A stretch of DNA of 64,000 nucleotides from an uncultured Actinomycetes bacterium (GTDB lineage Bacteria > Actinomycetota > Thermoleophilia > Gaiellales > Gaiellaceae), in NCBI GenBank assembly GCA_963750595.1, contig CAVVRG010000007.1:84182-148181 (forward strand), given 5' to 3'. A program made the position numbers and the translations under genes. The notes under the pieces were generated by a model. It was not told the DNA's origin and did not search any database. It saw nothing but the letters and a program-made list of their open reading frames with translations. Below are positions 18,473 through 27,866 of this stretch, in pieces; the stretch's first letter is position 1; each line of letters starts with the position of its first letter.

Positions 18473-18979
18473 TTGCCTGCGGACGTGACGATCAGGGAGC
18501 TCACGAGCGACGACCTCCCGTTCCTCCGGGAGATGCTGTACGCGGCGCTCGCATGGCGGCCGAATCCCGAGCTGCCGCCCTTCGAGGTCGTCATGGACCA
18601 CCCGCAGCTCGTCATCTTCCACGCAGGTTGGGGTCGAGAGGGGGATGCCGGGCTCGTCGCGGAGGAGGGGGGCTGGCGCATCGGCGCGGTGTGGTGGCGC
18701 TTCTTCACCGATGCCGAGCACGGCGAGGGCTTCGTCGAGGAGTCCACGCCGGAGCTCGCGATCGCCGTCCTCGACGGCTACCGGGGACGCGGCGTCGGCC
18801 GTGCGCTCATGCTGGCGATGCACGACCTCGGTCGGAGCCGGGGGATCCGCAGGGTCTCCCTCACCGTGGACGCGGAGAACCCGGCGAAACGGCTGTACGC
18901 GGCCCTCGGGTACGTCGACCACGAGCCGGGTGACGACCTCGGGCGGATGGTGCTAGAGCTGGACGACGGCCGTGGCTGA
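18473..18979 (+). CDS. GNAT-family N-acetyltransferase
   Basis: 'IAVLDGYRGRGVGRALMLAM…NPAKRLYAALGY' (motif A). TTG 18473 and GTG 18485 are both possible starts. Confidence 0.8.
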   Translation: MPADVTIRELTSDDLPFLREMLYAALAWRPNPELPPFEVVMDHPQLVIFHAGWGREGDAGLVAEEGGWRIGAVWWRFFTDAEHGEGFVEESTPELAIAVLDGYRGRGVGRALMLAMHDLGRSRGIRRVSLTVDAENPAKRLYAALGYVDHEPGDDLGRMVLELDDGRG

Positions 18980-19743
18980 CCCCTTACGCCCGGACCCGGA
19001 GGAGCCCCCGCTGGAGCGGCTCGTCCCCCGTCCGTCCGTGGGCAGGACGTTCGGCACCACCTACCGCGTCCGGCTCTCCGACACGGACGCGCTGGGCCGT
19101 CTGCGGCTCGACGCGGTCGCCCGCTACCTCCAGGACGCCGCGACGGACGACGTGGACGAGACCGGCTGGGGCGCCCCGGAGCATCTCTGGGTGCTCCGCG
19201 CGATCCGCATCGACGTGCCCGCGCCGTTCCTGCGCGACACGAGCGTCGAGATCGTCACGTGGGGGAGCTCGTTCTCGTCGCTCGCGGCCGGCCGGCGGTG
19301 GTCGCTCGCGGGAGACGCCGGGGGCTCGATCGAGGTGGACAGCGTCTGGGTCCATCTCGGGCCGGACGCGCGCCCGGCCCGGATCGGCGACGGGTTCGAC
19401 GACTACGCGCAGGCGGCCGTGGGCCGGGCCGCCTCGACGCGGCTCACGCTGCGAGGGCCCGTCCGTCGACGCGCCCCGGGTGTCGTGGCCGCTCAGGGCG
19501 ACCGACGTCGACCTGATGGGCCACGTGAACAACGCGGCGTACTGGAGTGCCGTCGAGCATCGCCTGCCGGGGCGCGGCCCCGATCCTCGCCGCCCGGCAC
19601 GTGCGCGCCTCGACTACCGCCACCCGCTCGATCTCGAGGAGCGCGTCGAGCTCGCCGAGGCCTGGAGCGGGGACCGGTACGAGGTCGGGTTCGTCGTGGG
19701 CGAGACCGTGAAGGCGGTCGCGTGCGTGGAGGCGATCCTCTAG
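18972..19743 (+). pseudogene. acyl-ACP thioesterase (double hot-dog), frameshift at the GGGCCC run near 19455-19462
   Basis: The N-terminal hot-dog is in frame 0 ('YRVRLSDTDALGRLRLDAVARYLQD'). The second hot-dog is in frame 1 ('WPLRATDVDLMGHVNNAAYW', ORF 19480..19743). Confidence 0.75.
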
Positions 19744-19744
19744 C

Positions 19745-20553
19745 TCACGGCGTCCGGAGGTCGCGGCGCTCGACGAGCAGCGCGCCCGCGAGGAGGATCG
19801 CGACGGCGGCGGCGATCACGACCGCGGCCCCCCACGGGTCGGCGCCGCCTTGCAGCGGGGACGAGCCGACCAGCCAGAACGGGGAGACGAAGCGGAACGG
19901 GTCGAGCCAGCCCGCGATCCGCGTGCAGCCCGTTGACGAGGTAGCCGGCCGCGGCGAGGCCGACGGGCACGCCGATGGCGAGCGCACGACTCGCCGTCGC
20001 GGCGCCGACCGCGAGCGCGAGCCAGCCGTGCAGGAGCCCGAGCGCGGCGAGAGACGCGACGGCCGCCGCGATGTTCCTCGTGGAGAGGTCGAGGCCGAGG
20101 AGCGGGTCGAGGACGAGCATCGCGACACCGGCGGCGGCGCACAGGACGAGCACCTCGGTCCCGACCGCGAGGCTCTTCGCGAGCACCGCATTTCGTCGCC
20201 GGATCGGATACGAGAGCAGGAGCTCGAGCCGGCCCGCGTCCTCCTCGCCCGCGAACGTCCGCGCGCCCGAGCCGATCGCGAGCACGAGGACGAAGAGCGG
20301 CAGCATGAAGCTGAAGAGCTCCGCGTCGAGATAGCCCGGGCCCGAGGTGATGCTGCTCCCCTCGGCGATGCCGAAGAGCGACTTGAGCACCTCGGGGTAG
20401 CTCGCGAGCGAGCTCGTCGAGCTCGGGCGAGCCCTCGATCGAGGGGAAGATCGCCGCGATCAGCCCGACGTAGGCGACGACGCCGAGACACCAGGCGACG
20501 AGCGCGCGGCGGTGGTCGAGCAGCCCGCGGCGGAAGAGCTCAGCGGCCGTCGT
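19745..20553 (-). pseudogene. ABC-2-type transporter permease, at least 2 frameshifts and no start codon
   Basis: The protein is spread over three frames: 'AELFRRGLLDHRRALVAWCLGVVAYVGLIAAIFPSIEG', then 'LKSLFGIAEG…LLSYPIRRRNAVLAK…', then 'IAGWLDPFRFVSPFWLVGSSPLQGG…'. Confidence 0.7.
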
Positions 20554-21454
20554 CGTTCCTCCCGGTACAGCTCGAGGAAGATCTCCTCGAGATCGGCGGG
20601 CTGGGAGACGAGGTCGACCACCTCGTGGCGCGCCGCCGCCTTCACGACGGCGTCCATCGCCGTCTCGGGCGCCGAGAGGCGGACGTGCGGCCCGTCGCCG
20701 ACGTGACGCGCACGCCGTCGAGCCGCGGCCAGCTCGGCTGCGTCGACCGGCGCTCCGAAGGTGATCGAGACGTGCCGGAGCGAGCGCTCGCGGAGGCTCT
20801 CGACGGCGTCCACGTCGACGAGGCGACCCGTTCGGATGATCCCGACGCGGTCCGCCACGTGCTGCACCTCGTCGAGCGAGTGCGAGGAGAGGAACACCGT
20901 GCGCCCGTCCGTCGCCGTCTCGCGCAGCAGCGCGCGGACCTCCGCCTGGAGCAGCGGGTCGAGCCCGGAGGTCGGCTCGTCGAGGACGACGACTCGCGGC
21001 CGGTGCATGAACGCCTGCACGATCCCGAGCTTCTGGCGGTTGCCCTTCGAGAGCTGGCGGATCGGCCGGTCGAGGACGACGTCCAGGCGCTCGCACAGCT
21101 CGTCCCGCAGCCGCGCGTCGACGCCCCCGCGGAGACGTGCGAGCGACTCGAGCTGCTCGCGGCCGGTCAGGCGGTCGGCCAGGCGGAGGTCGCCGGGGAG
21201 GTAGCCGGCGAGCCCTGCGAGCCGCGACGCCGTTCGTCCGCGTGTCCAGCCCGTGGACGGACGCGCGGCCGGACGTCGGGCGGATGAGGCCCGAGGAGGA
21301 GCCGGATCGTGGTCGACTTCCCGGCGCCGTTGGGGCCGAGGTAGCCGAAGACCTCGCCCTGCTCGACGCGGAGGTCGAGGTCGACGAGCGCTCGCACGCC
21401 GCCTCCGTACGTCTTGGACAGCCCGATGGTCTCCACCGCGGGCGTGTCGGCCAT
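20460..21454 (-). pseudogene. ABC transporter ATP-binding protein, 2 frameshifts (near 21290 and near 21215)
   Basis: Walker A '[10 protein letters not shown]' in frame A, '[15 protein letters not shown]' in frame B, and 'LSKGNRQKLGIVQAFMHRPRVVVLDEPTSGLDP…LSSHSLDEV' in frame C. Confidence 0.75.
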
Positions 21455-21520
21455 GCGGCGATCTCGTAGTCGCGCGTCGCTCTCAGGCGGCTCTCAGGTC
21501 GGCGAGCTAGCCTCGCGGAC

Positions 21521-22231
21521 ATGGACGACGAGGCCCGTCTCAGCCGACGCGAGTCGCTGGTCAAGCTGGGCGGGCTGCTCGCGGGAGCGGCCGCGGTCAC
21601 CGGCATCGAGATCGCGGACTCGGCGGGCGCGACGGACGCGGCCTTCGGCGGCTCCGGCCCGGCTGGCGTGGCGTCCGGCGCCGTCGCGTGCGTCCTGGCT
21701 CCCGAGCAGACGGAGGGCCCGTACTACCTCGACGACCAGAAGGTCCGCCGCAACATCACCGAGGGAAGCCGGGGACGCCGATGATCCTGCCGGCTCACCG
21801 TCGTCGACGCATCGAGCTGCCGTCCGCTCAGGGGCGCGGTGGTGGACGTCTGGCACTGCGACGCGGGCGGCGCGTACTCGGGCGTCCAGGGCTCGAGCGG
21901 CACGTTCCTCCGCGGCATCCAGCGCACCGACGCGAAGGGGCTCGCGACGTTCAGGACGATCTATCCCGGCTGGTATCCGGGTCGTACCGTGCACGTCCAC
22001 GTGAAGGTCGCCCTCGGCGGCAACGTCGTGCACACGGGGCAGCTCTACTTCCCGGACGCGGTGACCGACGCCGTGTACCGGCGCGCTCCGTACAACCGCC
22101 GGCCGAACCGCGACCCGCGAAACCCGGGCGACAGCATCTACCGGAACGGCGGCAAGCGCTCGACGCTCAGGCTCGGGAGGAGCTCTTCGGGGTACGTCGC
22201 GTCGATCACGATGGGCGTGCTCCGCTCGTAG
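21521..22231 (+). pseudogene. Tat-signal intradiol ring-cleavage dioxygenase-like protein with two compensating frameshifts (near 21765 and 21795)
   Basis: 'CVLAPEQTEGPYYLD' and 'VVDVWHCDAGGAYSG…GWYPGRTVHVHVKV' are both in frame 2. The linking 'GKPGTPMIL' is in frame 1, and a TGA occurs in frame 2 at 21782. Confidence 0.75.
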
Positions 22232-22340
22232 CTGCCCGCCCTGCCCGGCCGCCGCCCGACCGGAACCGTGCGGTTTCACCTAAAACTTAGGTTCCGCTGC
22301 TTTCGTATATCCCCACATCCGACCGAGAAAAGGGGGCCCA

Positions 22341-23361
22341 GTGACCGTCGAGAGCACCGGCCAGGCCGGTCCGAAGCCGGAAGAGGCACGGGAGCAGCTC
22401 GAGCAGGCGCTCTTCGAGATACGGCGGGTGATCGCGGGCCAGGATGCGATGCTCGAGCGCGTGCTCGTGTGCCTGCTCGCGCACGGGCATCTCCTGATCG
22501 AGGGCGTGCCGGGCCTCGCGAAGACCCTGACCGTCAAGACGACGGCCGGGGTCCTGGGCGGCACGTTCGCCAGGGTGCAGTTCACGCCCGATCTCGTGCC
22601 CTCCGACCTGGTCGGGACGCGCATCTACCGCGCCGGCGACGCGACCTTCGACACCGAGCTCGGCCCCGTCTTCTGCAACTTCCTGCTAGCGGACGAGATC
22701 AACCGCGCGCCGGCCAAGGTCCAGTCCGCGCTCCTCGAGGTGATGCAGGAGCGGCAGGTCACGATCGGGCACGACACCCATCCCGTACCCGACCCGTTCC
22801 TCGTGATGGCGACGCAGAACCCGATCGAGTCCGAGGGGACATACCCGCTGCCCGAGGCGCAGGTCGACCGCTTCATGCTCAAGGTCGTGATCGGCTACCC
22901 GCAGCACGACGAGGAGCTCACCGTAGTCCAGCGCCAGCTCGTCGACTCCTCCCGAGCTGCGCCAGGTGCTCTCGCTCGACGACCTGCAGGCGTTGCAGCG
23001 CGCGGTCTACGACATCTACGTCGACCCCTCGCTGGTCAGCTACGCGGTGGCGCTCGCCACGGCGACGCGCGAGCCCGCCGAGCACGGCCTCGCCGACCTG
23101 GCGCCGTACATCTCGTACGGGGCGAGCCCGAGAGGGCCGATCAGCCTCGTGCAGGCGACGCGCGCGCTCGCGCTCATCCGCGGCCGCGAGTACGCGATCG
23201 TGGACGACCTCCAGGCCCTGGTGCGGGACGCCATGCGGCACCGCCTCGTCCTCTCGTACCAGGCGCTGGCCGAGGAGGTGAGCCCGGACGCCATCCTCGA
23301 CCGCGTCGTCGCTGCCGTGCCAGTCCCGCAGCTCGACCTCCAGCACGTGACCGCCGCATGA
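22341..23361 (+). pseudogene. MoxR-family AAA+ ATPase (first gene of the Bat-like operon), frameshift near 22945-22960
   Basis: 'GVPGLAKT', 'LLADEINRAP' and 'MATQNPIESEGTYPLPEAQVDRF' are in frame 0. The C-terminal 'LSLDDLQALQRAVYDIYV…YISYGASPRG' is in frame 1 (ORF 22966..23361). Confidence 0.8.
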
Positions 23362-23396
23362 CCGGCGCTCGAGCCCACCTCTTGTCGAAGGCGCGC

Positions 23397-23586
23397 GGCG
23401 CATGAGCAACGCTCGCCTCCGGCTGGCGTTCGCGGGGGAGACCATGGTTCCCCAGGCTCTTTCGCGATCGGAGTGCGCGCGAGCGCACTTCGATCTTGCG
23501 AGAGGAACGCGCGTCCACTTCTTCCCGAGAGCGTTGCGGTTCCCCACGCCCCTCCCCGCTCATGCGCCACGGAGTGGCGCATGAGC
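23397..23586. repeat. ~170-bp hairpin-rich insert bounded by an 11-bp direct repeat GGCGCATGAGC
   Basis: GGCGCATGAGC occurs at 23397-23407 and 23576-23586. Its reverse complement at 23558-23568 forms an 11-bp stem around the DUF58 start codon. The interior carries palindromes GGGGAGACCATGGTTCCCC and AGTGCGC-GCGA-GCGCACT. Confidence 0.55.
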
Positions 23587-24507
23587 TCCGCGAGCGCGCT
23601 CCTCGCGCAGCCGACTCCGGTCAGGCCGGGGCCGGGACCGATGGCCGAGGGGCTGCTGCGCGCGCTCGACGTGGCGATCGGAAGGCGGATGGAGGGTCTG
23701 CTCGCGGGAGACTTCCGCTCGAACCACCTCGGGGCGGGGTCCGAGCTCGCCATGGTGCGACCGTACGAGCCCGGAGACGACGTCCGGCGCATCGACTGGG
23801 CCGTGACCGCGCGCACGAACGAGACCCACGTGCGCGTCGACCTCGCCGAGCGCGTCCTCGTGTCGTGGCTCGTGCTGGACTCGTCCCCGTCGATGCAGTT
23901 CGGGACCGCCGACCGGCGGAAGGCCGACGTGGCCGAAGGCGTCGCGATCGCGATCGGTCACCTCGCAACGCGCCGCGGCAACCGGCTGGGGGTCGTCACC
24001 TTCGGCGACGAGAGCACCTACGCGCTGCCGCCCCGCCAGGGCCGGGTCGCGCTGCTCGGACTGCTCGGAGCGCTGCGGGAGGCACGCCCGGGGCCGGGCA
24101 CCGGCGCCCCGTCGCTCGACGCCGCGCTCGCCCGTGCGGGGAGCCTCGCCCATCAGCGGTCGCTGGCTGTGGTCGTATCCGACTTCCGCGGGCCGCGGGA
24201 GTGGCGCGGGCCGCTGCTCGAGCTCGCGGGGCGACACGACGTCGTCGCGGTCGAGATCCGCGACCCGCGCGAGCAGGAGCTCCCCAACGTCGGGCAGCTC
24301 TGGCTCGTCGACCCGGAGACCGGCCGTCAGCTGCACGTCAACACGCGCAGCCGGAAGCTCCGGGAGCGGTTCGCGGTGGCCGCGTCGGCCGAGCGCGCGC
24401 AGGTGGCGCGGATCTTCGCCGCCGCCGGCGTCCGCCACGTGGTGCTCACGACGTCGGGGGACTGGCTGCGTGCGCTCGTCGTGTTCCTGCGCCGGAGCCG
24501 CGGATGA
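23581..24507 (+). CDS. DUF58-family protein (MoxR/VWA-associated)
   Basis: 'VRPYEPGDDVRRIDWAVTAR' is the DUF58 hallmark. It sits in the typical position after moxR. Confidence 0.85.
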   Translation: MSSASALLAQPTPVRPGPGPMAEGLLRALDVAIGRRMEGLLAGDFRSNHLGAGSELAMVRPYEPGDDVRRIDWAVTARTNETHVRVDLAERVLVSWLVLDSSPSMQFGTADRRKADVAEGVAIAIGHLATRRGNRLGVVTFGDESTYALPPRQGRVALLGLLGALREARPGPGTGAPSLDAALARAGSLAHQRSLAVVVSDFRGPREWRGPLLELAGRHDVVAVEIRDPREQELPNVGQLWLVDPETGRQLHVNTRSRKLRERFAVAASAERAQVARIFAAAGVRHVVLTTSGDWLRALVVFLRRSRG

Positions 24508-25463
24508 GCTTCGGCTGGCCGATCGCGCTCGTCGGGCTCGTGGCGATACCGCTGCTCGTCGCGCTCTGGGTCTGGAACGACGGGCGCCGCAAGGCGTCGC
24601 AGGCGGCGTTCGGGAACCCCGACCTGCTCCCCAACGTCGTCGACCGCGAGCCTGGCCGGATCCGCTACGTCCCGCTCGTCCTGCTCCTCGTCGGCCTCGG
24701 GATGATGATCCTCGGGGTCGCTCGTCCGCACGCGATGGTGAGCGTGCCGCGCGAGGAGGCCACGGTCGTGCTCGCGCTCGACGTCTCGCGCTCGATGAAG
24801 GCCGAGGACGTGGAGCCGACACGACTCGACGCGGCGCGGGCGGCGGCGAAGGCGTTCCTCGCGGAGGTGCCCGAGAAGTACCGTGTCGGCGTGGTCTCGT
24901 TCGCCACGCGGGCAGCCGTCGGCGTCCCGCCGACGGAGGACCGGGAGCTCGTCCACGCGGCCCTCGACTCGCTCGCGCCCGGCGAGGGAACCGCGATCGG
25001 GGACGCCGTCGCCCTCGGGGTGCAGCTCGGACGAACGGAGCGAGAAGTCACGGAGCGCATTCCGCGATCGGTTCTCCTCATTTCCGACGGCGCCCAGGAC
25101 GGAGGGCGGATCGAGCCGTCGGCGGCGATCGAGGAGGCCAAGAAGCAGGGAGTGCCGGTGTACACGGTGCTCGTCGGCACTTCGGACGGCGTCGTCGAGG
25201 AGGAGCTCACGGGCGGGTACAAGCGGATCATCCGCGTGCCGCCGAACCCGGAGACCCTCGAGCAGATCGCCGCCGGGACCGGTGGCGAGTTCTTCGCGGC
25301 GCTCGACGCCGAGCAGCTCCGCACCGTCTACGAGAACCTCGGCTCACGGCTCGGCACCCGCGACGAGAGCCGCGAGATCACCGACGTGTTCTCCGCGGGC
25401 GCGGTCGCGTTCCTGCTCGTGGGAGGAGCGCTCTCGGCGTTCCTGTTCCGGCGGGTGCCGTGA
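24504..25463 (+). CDS. VWA-domain membrane protein (BatA-like)
   Basis: N-terminal TM pair, MIDAS 'LDVSRSM', a C-terminal TM, and an ATGA overlap with the DUF58 gene. Confidence 0.85.
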   Translation: MSFGWPIALVGLVAIPLLVALWVWNDGRRKASQAAFGNPDLLPNVVDREPGRIRYVPLVLLLVGLGMMILGVARPHAMVSVPREEATVVLALDVSRSMKAEDVEPTRLDAARAAAKAFLAEVPEKYRVGVVSFATRAAVGVPPTEDRELVHAALDSLAPGEGTAIGDAVALGVQLGRTEREVTERIPRSVLLISDGAQDGGRIEPSAAIEEAKKQGVPVYTVLVGTSDGVVEEELTGGYKRIIRVPPNPETLEQIAAGTGGEFFAALDAEQLRTVYENLGSRLGTRDESREITDVFSAGAVAFLLVGGALSAFLFRRVP

Positions 25464-26167
25464 CGGCTGCCCTGCGTGCCCTGGCGCTCGTCGCGACGCT
25501 CGCGGCAGCCCTCGTCGCCGCCCTTCCCGCCGGCGCGGCGGACGAGTGTGACGGGCTGATGGTCTGCGTGCCGGTTGCGGGGCCCTGGGTCGTGGTGTCG
25601 ACGAGCGGCGTCGTCCCGCGCAAGCAGGTCGAGTACCAGGTCACGTGCCCGCGCGGCCACGTCGCCGGCGGCCTCGACGCACGGCTCAGCCGTCGCGCGA
25701 TCGACGTCTCGTTCCTCGGGACGCTCGGGAGCCCGGTGAACCCGGGCATCTCGACCTCGCGCTCGACCGTGTTCGTCGCCGCGTACGTCGGCAGCGGCGC
25801 GGCGAACGCGACCTTCCGCCCGTTCGTCGGCTGCGTTCCCGCCACGGGCGGCGGCGGGCGCGTCCCGACCTCCGCCTCCGCCTTCGAGCCGGGACGCCCC
25901 ACGGTACGGCGCGTTCGCACGGTTCGCGTGCGGCCCGGGACCGCGACGGTCGTCCAGGGCTGCGCTGCAGGAGAGCGCCTCGTCGGCGCGGCGCACGCGA
26001 TCGGCTTCTACACGCCGCGCCCGCCCGACGCGAGCCTCGTCTCGAGCGTCACCGACACGCGCGCGGTCCGAGGCGGACGGGTCAGCGTCACGGTGCGCGG
26101 CGACGCGGAGATCGGCAACGTGCGGGCGGTCGTCCAGGTCCAGGCCGTGTGCTCGAGGGTGGCGTGA
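25460..26167 (+). CDS. secreted hypothetical protein inside the Bat-like operon
   Basis: Signal peptide 'ALALVATLAAALVAALPAGAAD' and several Cys residues. GTGA overlap upstream and TGATG overlap downstream. Confidence 0.6.
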   Translation: MTAALRALALVATLAAALVAALPAGAADECDGLMVCVPVAGPWVVVSTSGVVPRKQVEYQVTCPRGHVAGGLDARLSRRAIDVSFLGTLGSPVNPGISTSRSTVFVAAYVGSGAANATFRPFVGCVPATGGGGRVPTSASAFEPGRPTVRRVRTVRVRPGTATVVQGCAAGERLVGAAHAIGFYTPRPPDASLVSSVTDTRAVRGGRVSVTVRGDAEIGNVRAVVQVQAVCSRVA

Positions 26168-27231
26168 TGAGCTTCCAGAGCCCGTGGTTGCTCCTGGCGC
26201 TGCCGTTGCTCGGGGTCGCGGCAGCGATCTGGCTCTTCGCCGAGCGGCGCCGCATGCGCTACGCGGTGCAGTTCCCGAACCTCGACGTACTCGCCACCGT
26301 CGTCTCGGGCCGTTCGTGGCTCAGGCTCGTCCCGCCGGCGCTCTTCGGCCTCGCGCTCGCGTGCCTCCTTGTCGCCCTTGCCCGCCCCCAGGTCTCGCGA
26401 ACCTTCCTGAAGGAGCGCGCCACCGTCATCCTCGTGATCGACACCTCGCGCTCCATGCAGGCGGAGGACGTGCCGCCGACGAGGCTCGCGGCGGCGCAGG
26501 CGGCGGTGCGCTCGTTCCTCGACCAAGTGCCGGACAAGCTCCGCGTCGGGCTCGTGGTCTTCGCGGGGGAGGCGCAGGTCGCGACCCCGCCCACGCAGGA
26601 CCACGACCTCGTACGCACGGCCATCGACGAGATCGACTCGTTCCTCATCTACGGCGGCACCGCGATCGGCGACGCCCTCCAGACCGCCGTCGAGATGGGA
26701 AAGCGGGTGGAGGACGAGGAACCTCCGGACGGCGAGGAAGTCGTCCTGCGGACTCCGGTTCCAGTGAGCGACACGCGCACGCTGGCACAGGCTGGTGGCA
26801 TGGAGGAGGACGAGGAGGACAGCCCGGTCTCGATTCTGTTCCTGTCCGACGGTGCGCAGACGCGGGGAATCCTCCAGCCGGCGGAGGGCGCCGCGCTCGC
26901 CAAGGATGCGGGCTTCCCCGTCTACACCGTCGCGCTCGGCACCCCGAGCGGGACGATCGAGCGCGGGCCGTTCGGGTTCGGTGGCACGGAGCAACGGATC
27001 CCGGTTCCTCCCGACCCGGAGACGCTGCGTGCGATCGCCGAGGCGACGGGCGGCGAGTTCACCGAGGCACGGACCGCGAACGCGCTCGAGGGCGCGTATG
27101 AGAACCTGGGCTCCAAGCTCGGGCGCGAGCCGGGGGAGAGTGAAGTGACGTTCCTGCTCGTCGCCGCGGCCGCCCTGCTGCTCGTCGCCGCCGGTGTCTT
27201 CTCGGCGTTCGTCTCGCCCCGGCTCCCCTGA
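26167..27231 (+). CDS. VWA-domain membrane protein (BatB-like) with an acidic insert
   Basis: MIDAS 'IDTSRSM', TM helices at both ends, and an inserted 'EDEEPPDGEE…MEEDEEDS' segment. Confidence 0.85.
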   Translation: MSFQSPWLLLALPLLGVAAAIWLFAERRRMRYAVQFPNLDVLATVVSGRSWLRLVPPALFGLALACLLVALARPQVSRTFLKERATVILVIDTSRSMQAEDVPPTRLAAAQAAVRSFLDQVPDKLRVGLVVFAGEAQVATPPTQDHDLVRTAIDEIDSFLIYGGTAIGDALQTAVEMGKRVEDEEPPDGEEVVLRTPVPVSDTRTLAQAGGMEEDEEDSPVSILFLSDGAQTRGILQPAEGAALAKDAGFPVYTVALGTPSGTIERGPFGFGGTEQRIPVPPDPETLRAIAEATGGEFTEARTANALEGAYENLGSKLGREPGESEVTFLLVAAAALLLVAAGVFSAFVSPRLP

Positions 27232-27252
27232 TCGACGCGGACGAGCCCTCGC

Positions 27253-27286
27253 GACGACCGCTCGCGTGAGCGAGCGGTCGTCTTTG
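27253..27286 (+). terminator. intrinsic terminator of the Bat-like operon
   Basis: 13-bp perfect stem GACGACCGCTCGC-GTGA-GCGAGCGGTCGTC followed by TTTG. Confidence 0.7.
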
Positions 27287-27346
27287 CGCAGGACAGGACG
27301 CGGGCGTGCGCGGCGCGTGAGCGGCGGCGCAGATCTCAGCGAACCG

Positions 27347-27808
27347 TCAGACCGCGACGATGGTGAAGCCCAGGTCCGCCTTGTCGTCCCGGCCGGCCGG
27401 GTGGATGGTTACGCGGAACACGCCCCCACCGATCGGCTCGACGTCCGCGTAGGCGTCGTTGAGCGCGCTCCCGACCGCGCTCGACGCGGCGTTCCCGGCG
27501 AACCGCACCTCGAAGACCCCGGCCTCCGCACGGCGGGCGAGCACCGCCTTGCCGTTGCAGTTGAACTTCCGCGTGAAGAGGCTCCCGGCGCTCGTGAACT
27601 TGTCCGGGAAGTTGGCCATGCCCTTGCTCGGATCGCCCGTCACCGCTGCGATACCCCGTACCGCGCCGTTCGTGCAGCGCTGCTGCGCCGCGGACGGGGC
27701 CTGGATGCGCTCGCCCACGGCGAAGGCCGAGCCGCCGAGCGCGAAGAAGAGTGCGACGAGCGCGATCGCCGTCGCAGGGCTGAACGTGAGGCGTCTGCCG
27801 ACTTTCAT
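27347..27808 (-). CDS. secreted/anchored hypothetical protein
   Basis: N-terminal 'AIALVALFFALGGSAFAV' signal/anchor; 153 aa; AGGAGA RBS upstream. Confidence 0.6.
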   Translation of the reverse strand: MKVGRRLTFSPATAIALVALFFALGGSAFAVGERIQAPSAAQQRCTNGAVRGIAAVTGDPSKGMANFPDKFTSAGSLFTRKFNCNGKAVLARRAEAGVFEVRFAGNAASSAVGSALNDAYADVEPIGGGVFRVTIHPAGRDDKADLGFTIVAV

Positions 27809-27866
27809 CAGGATCTCCTTTCGGTCGCTCCCCGTCGACGTCCGGGGCCGCGATAGGTTCCCTCCG

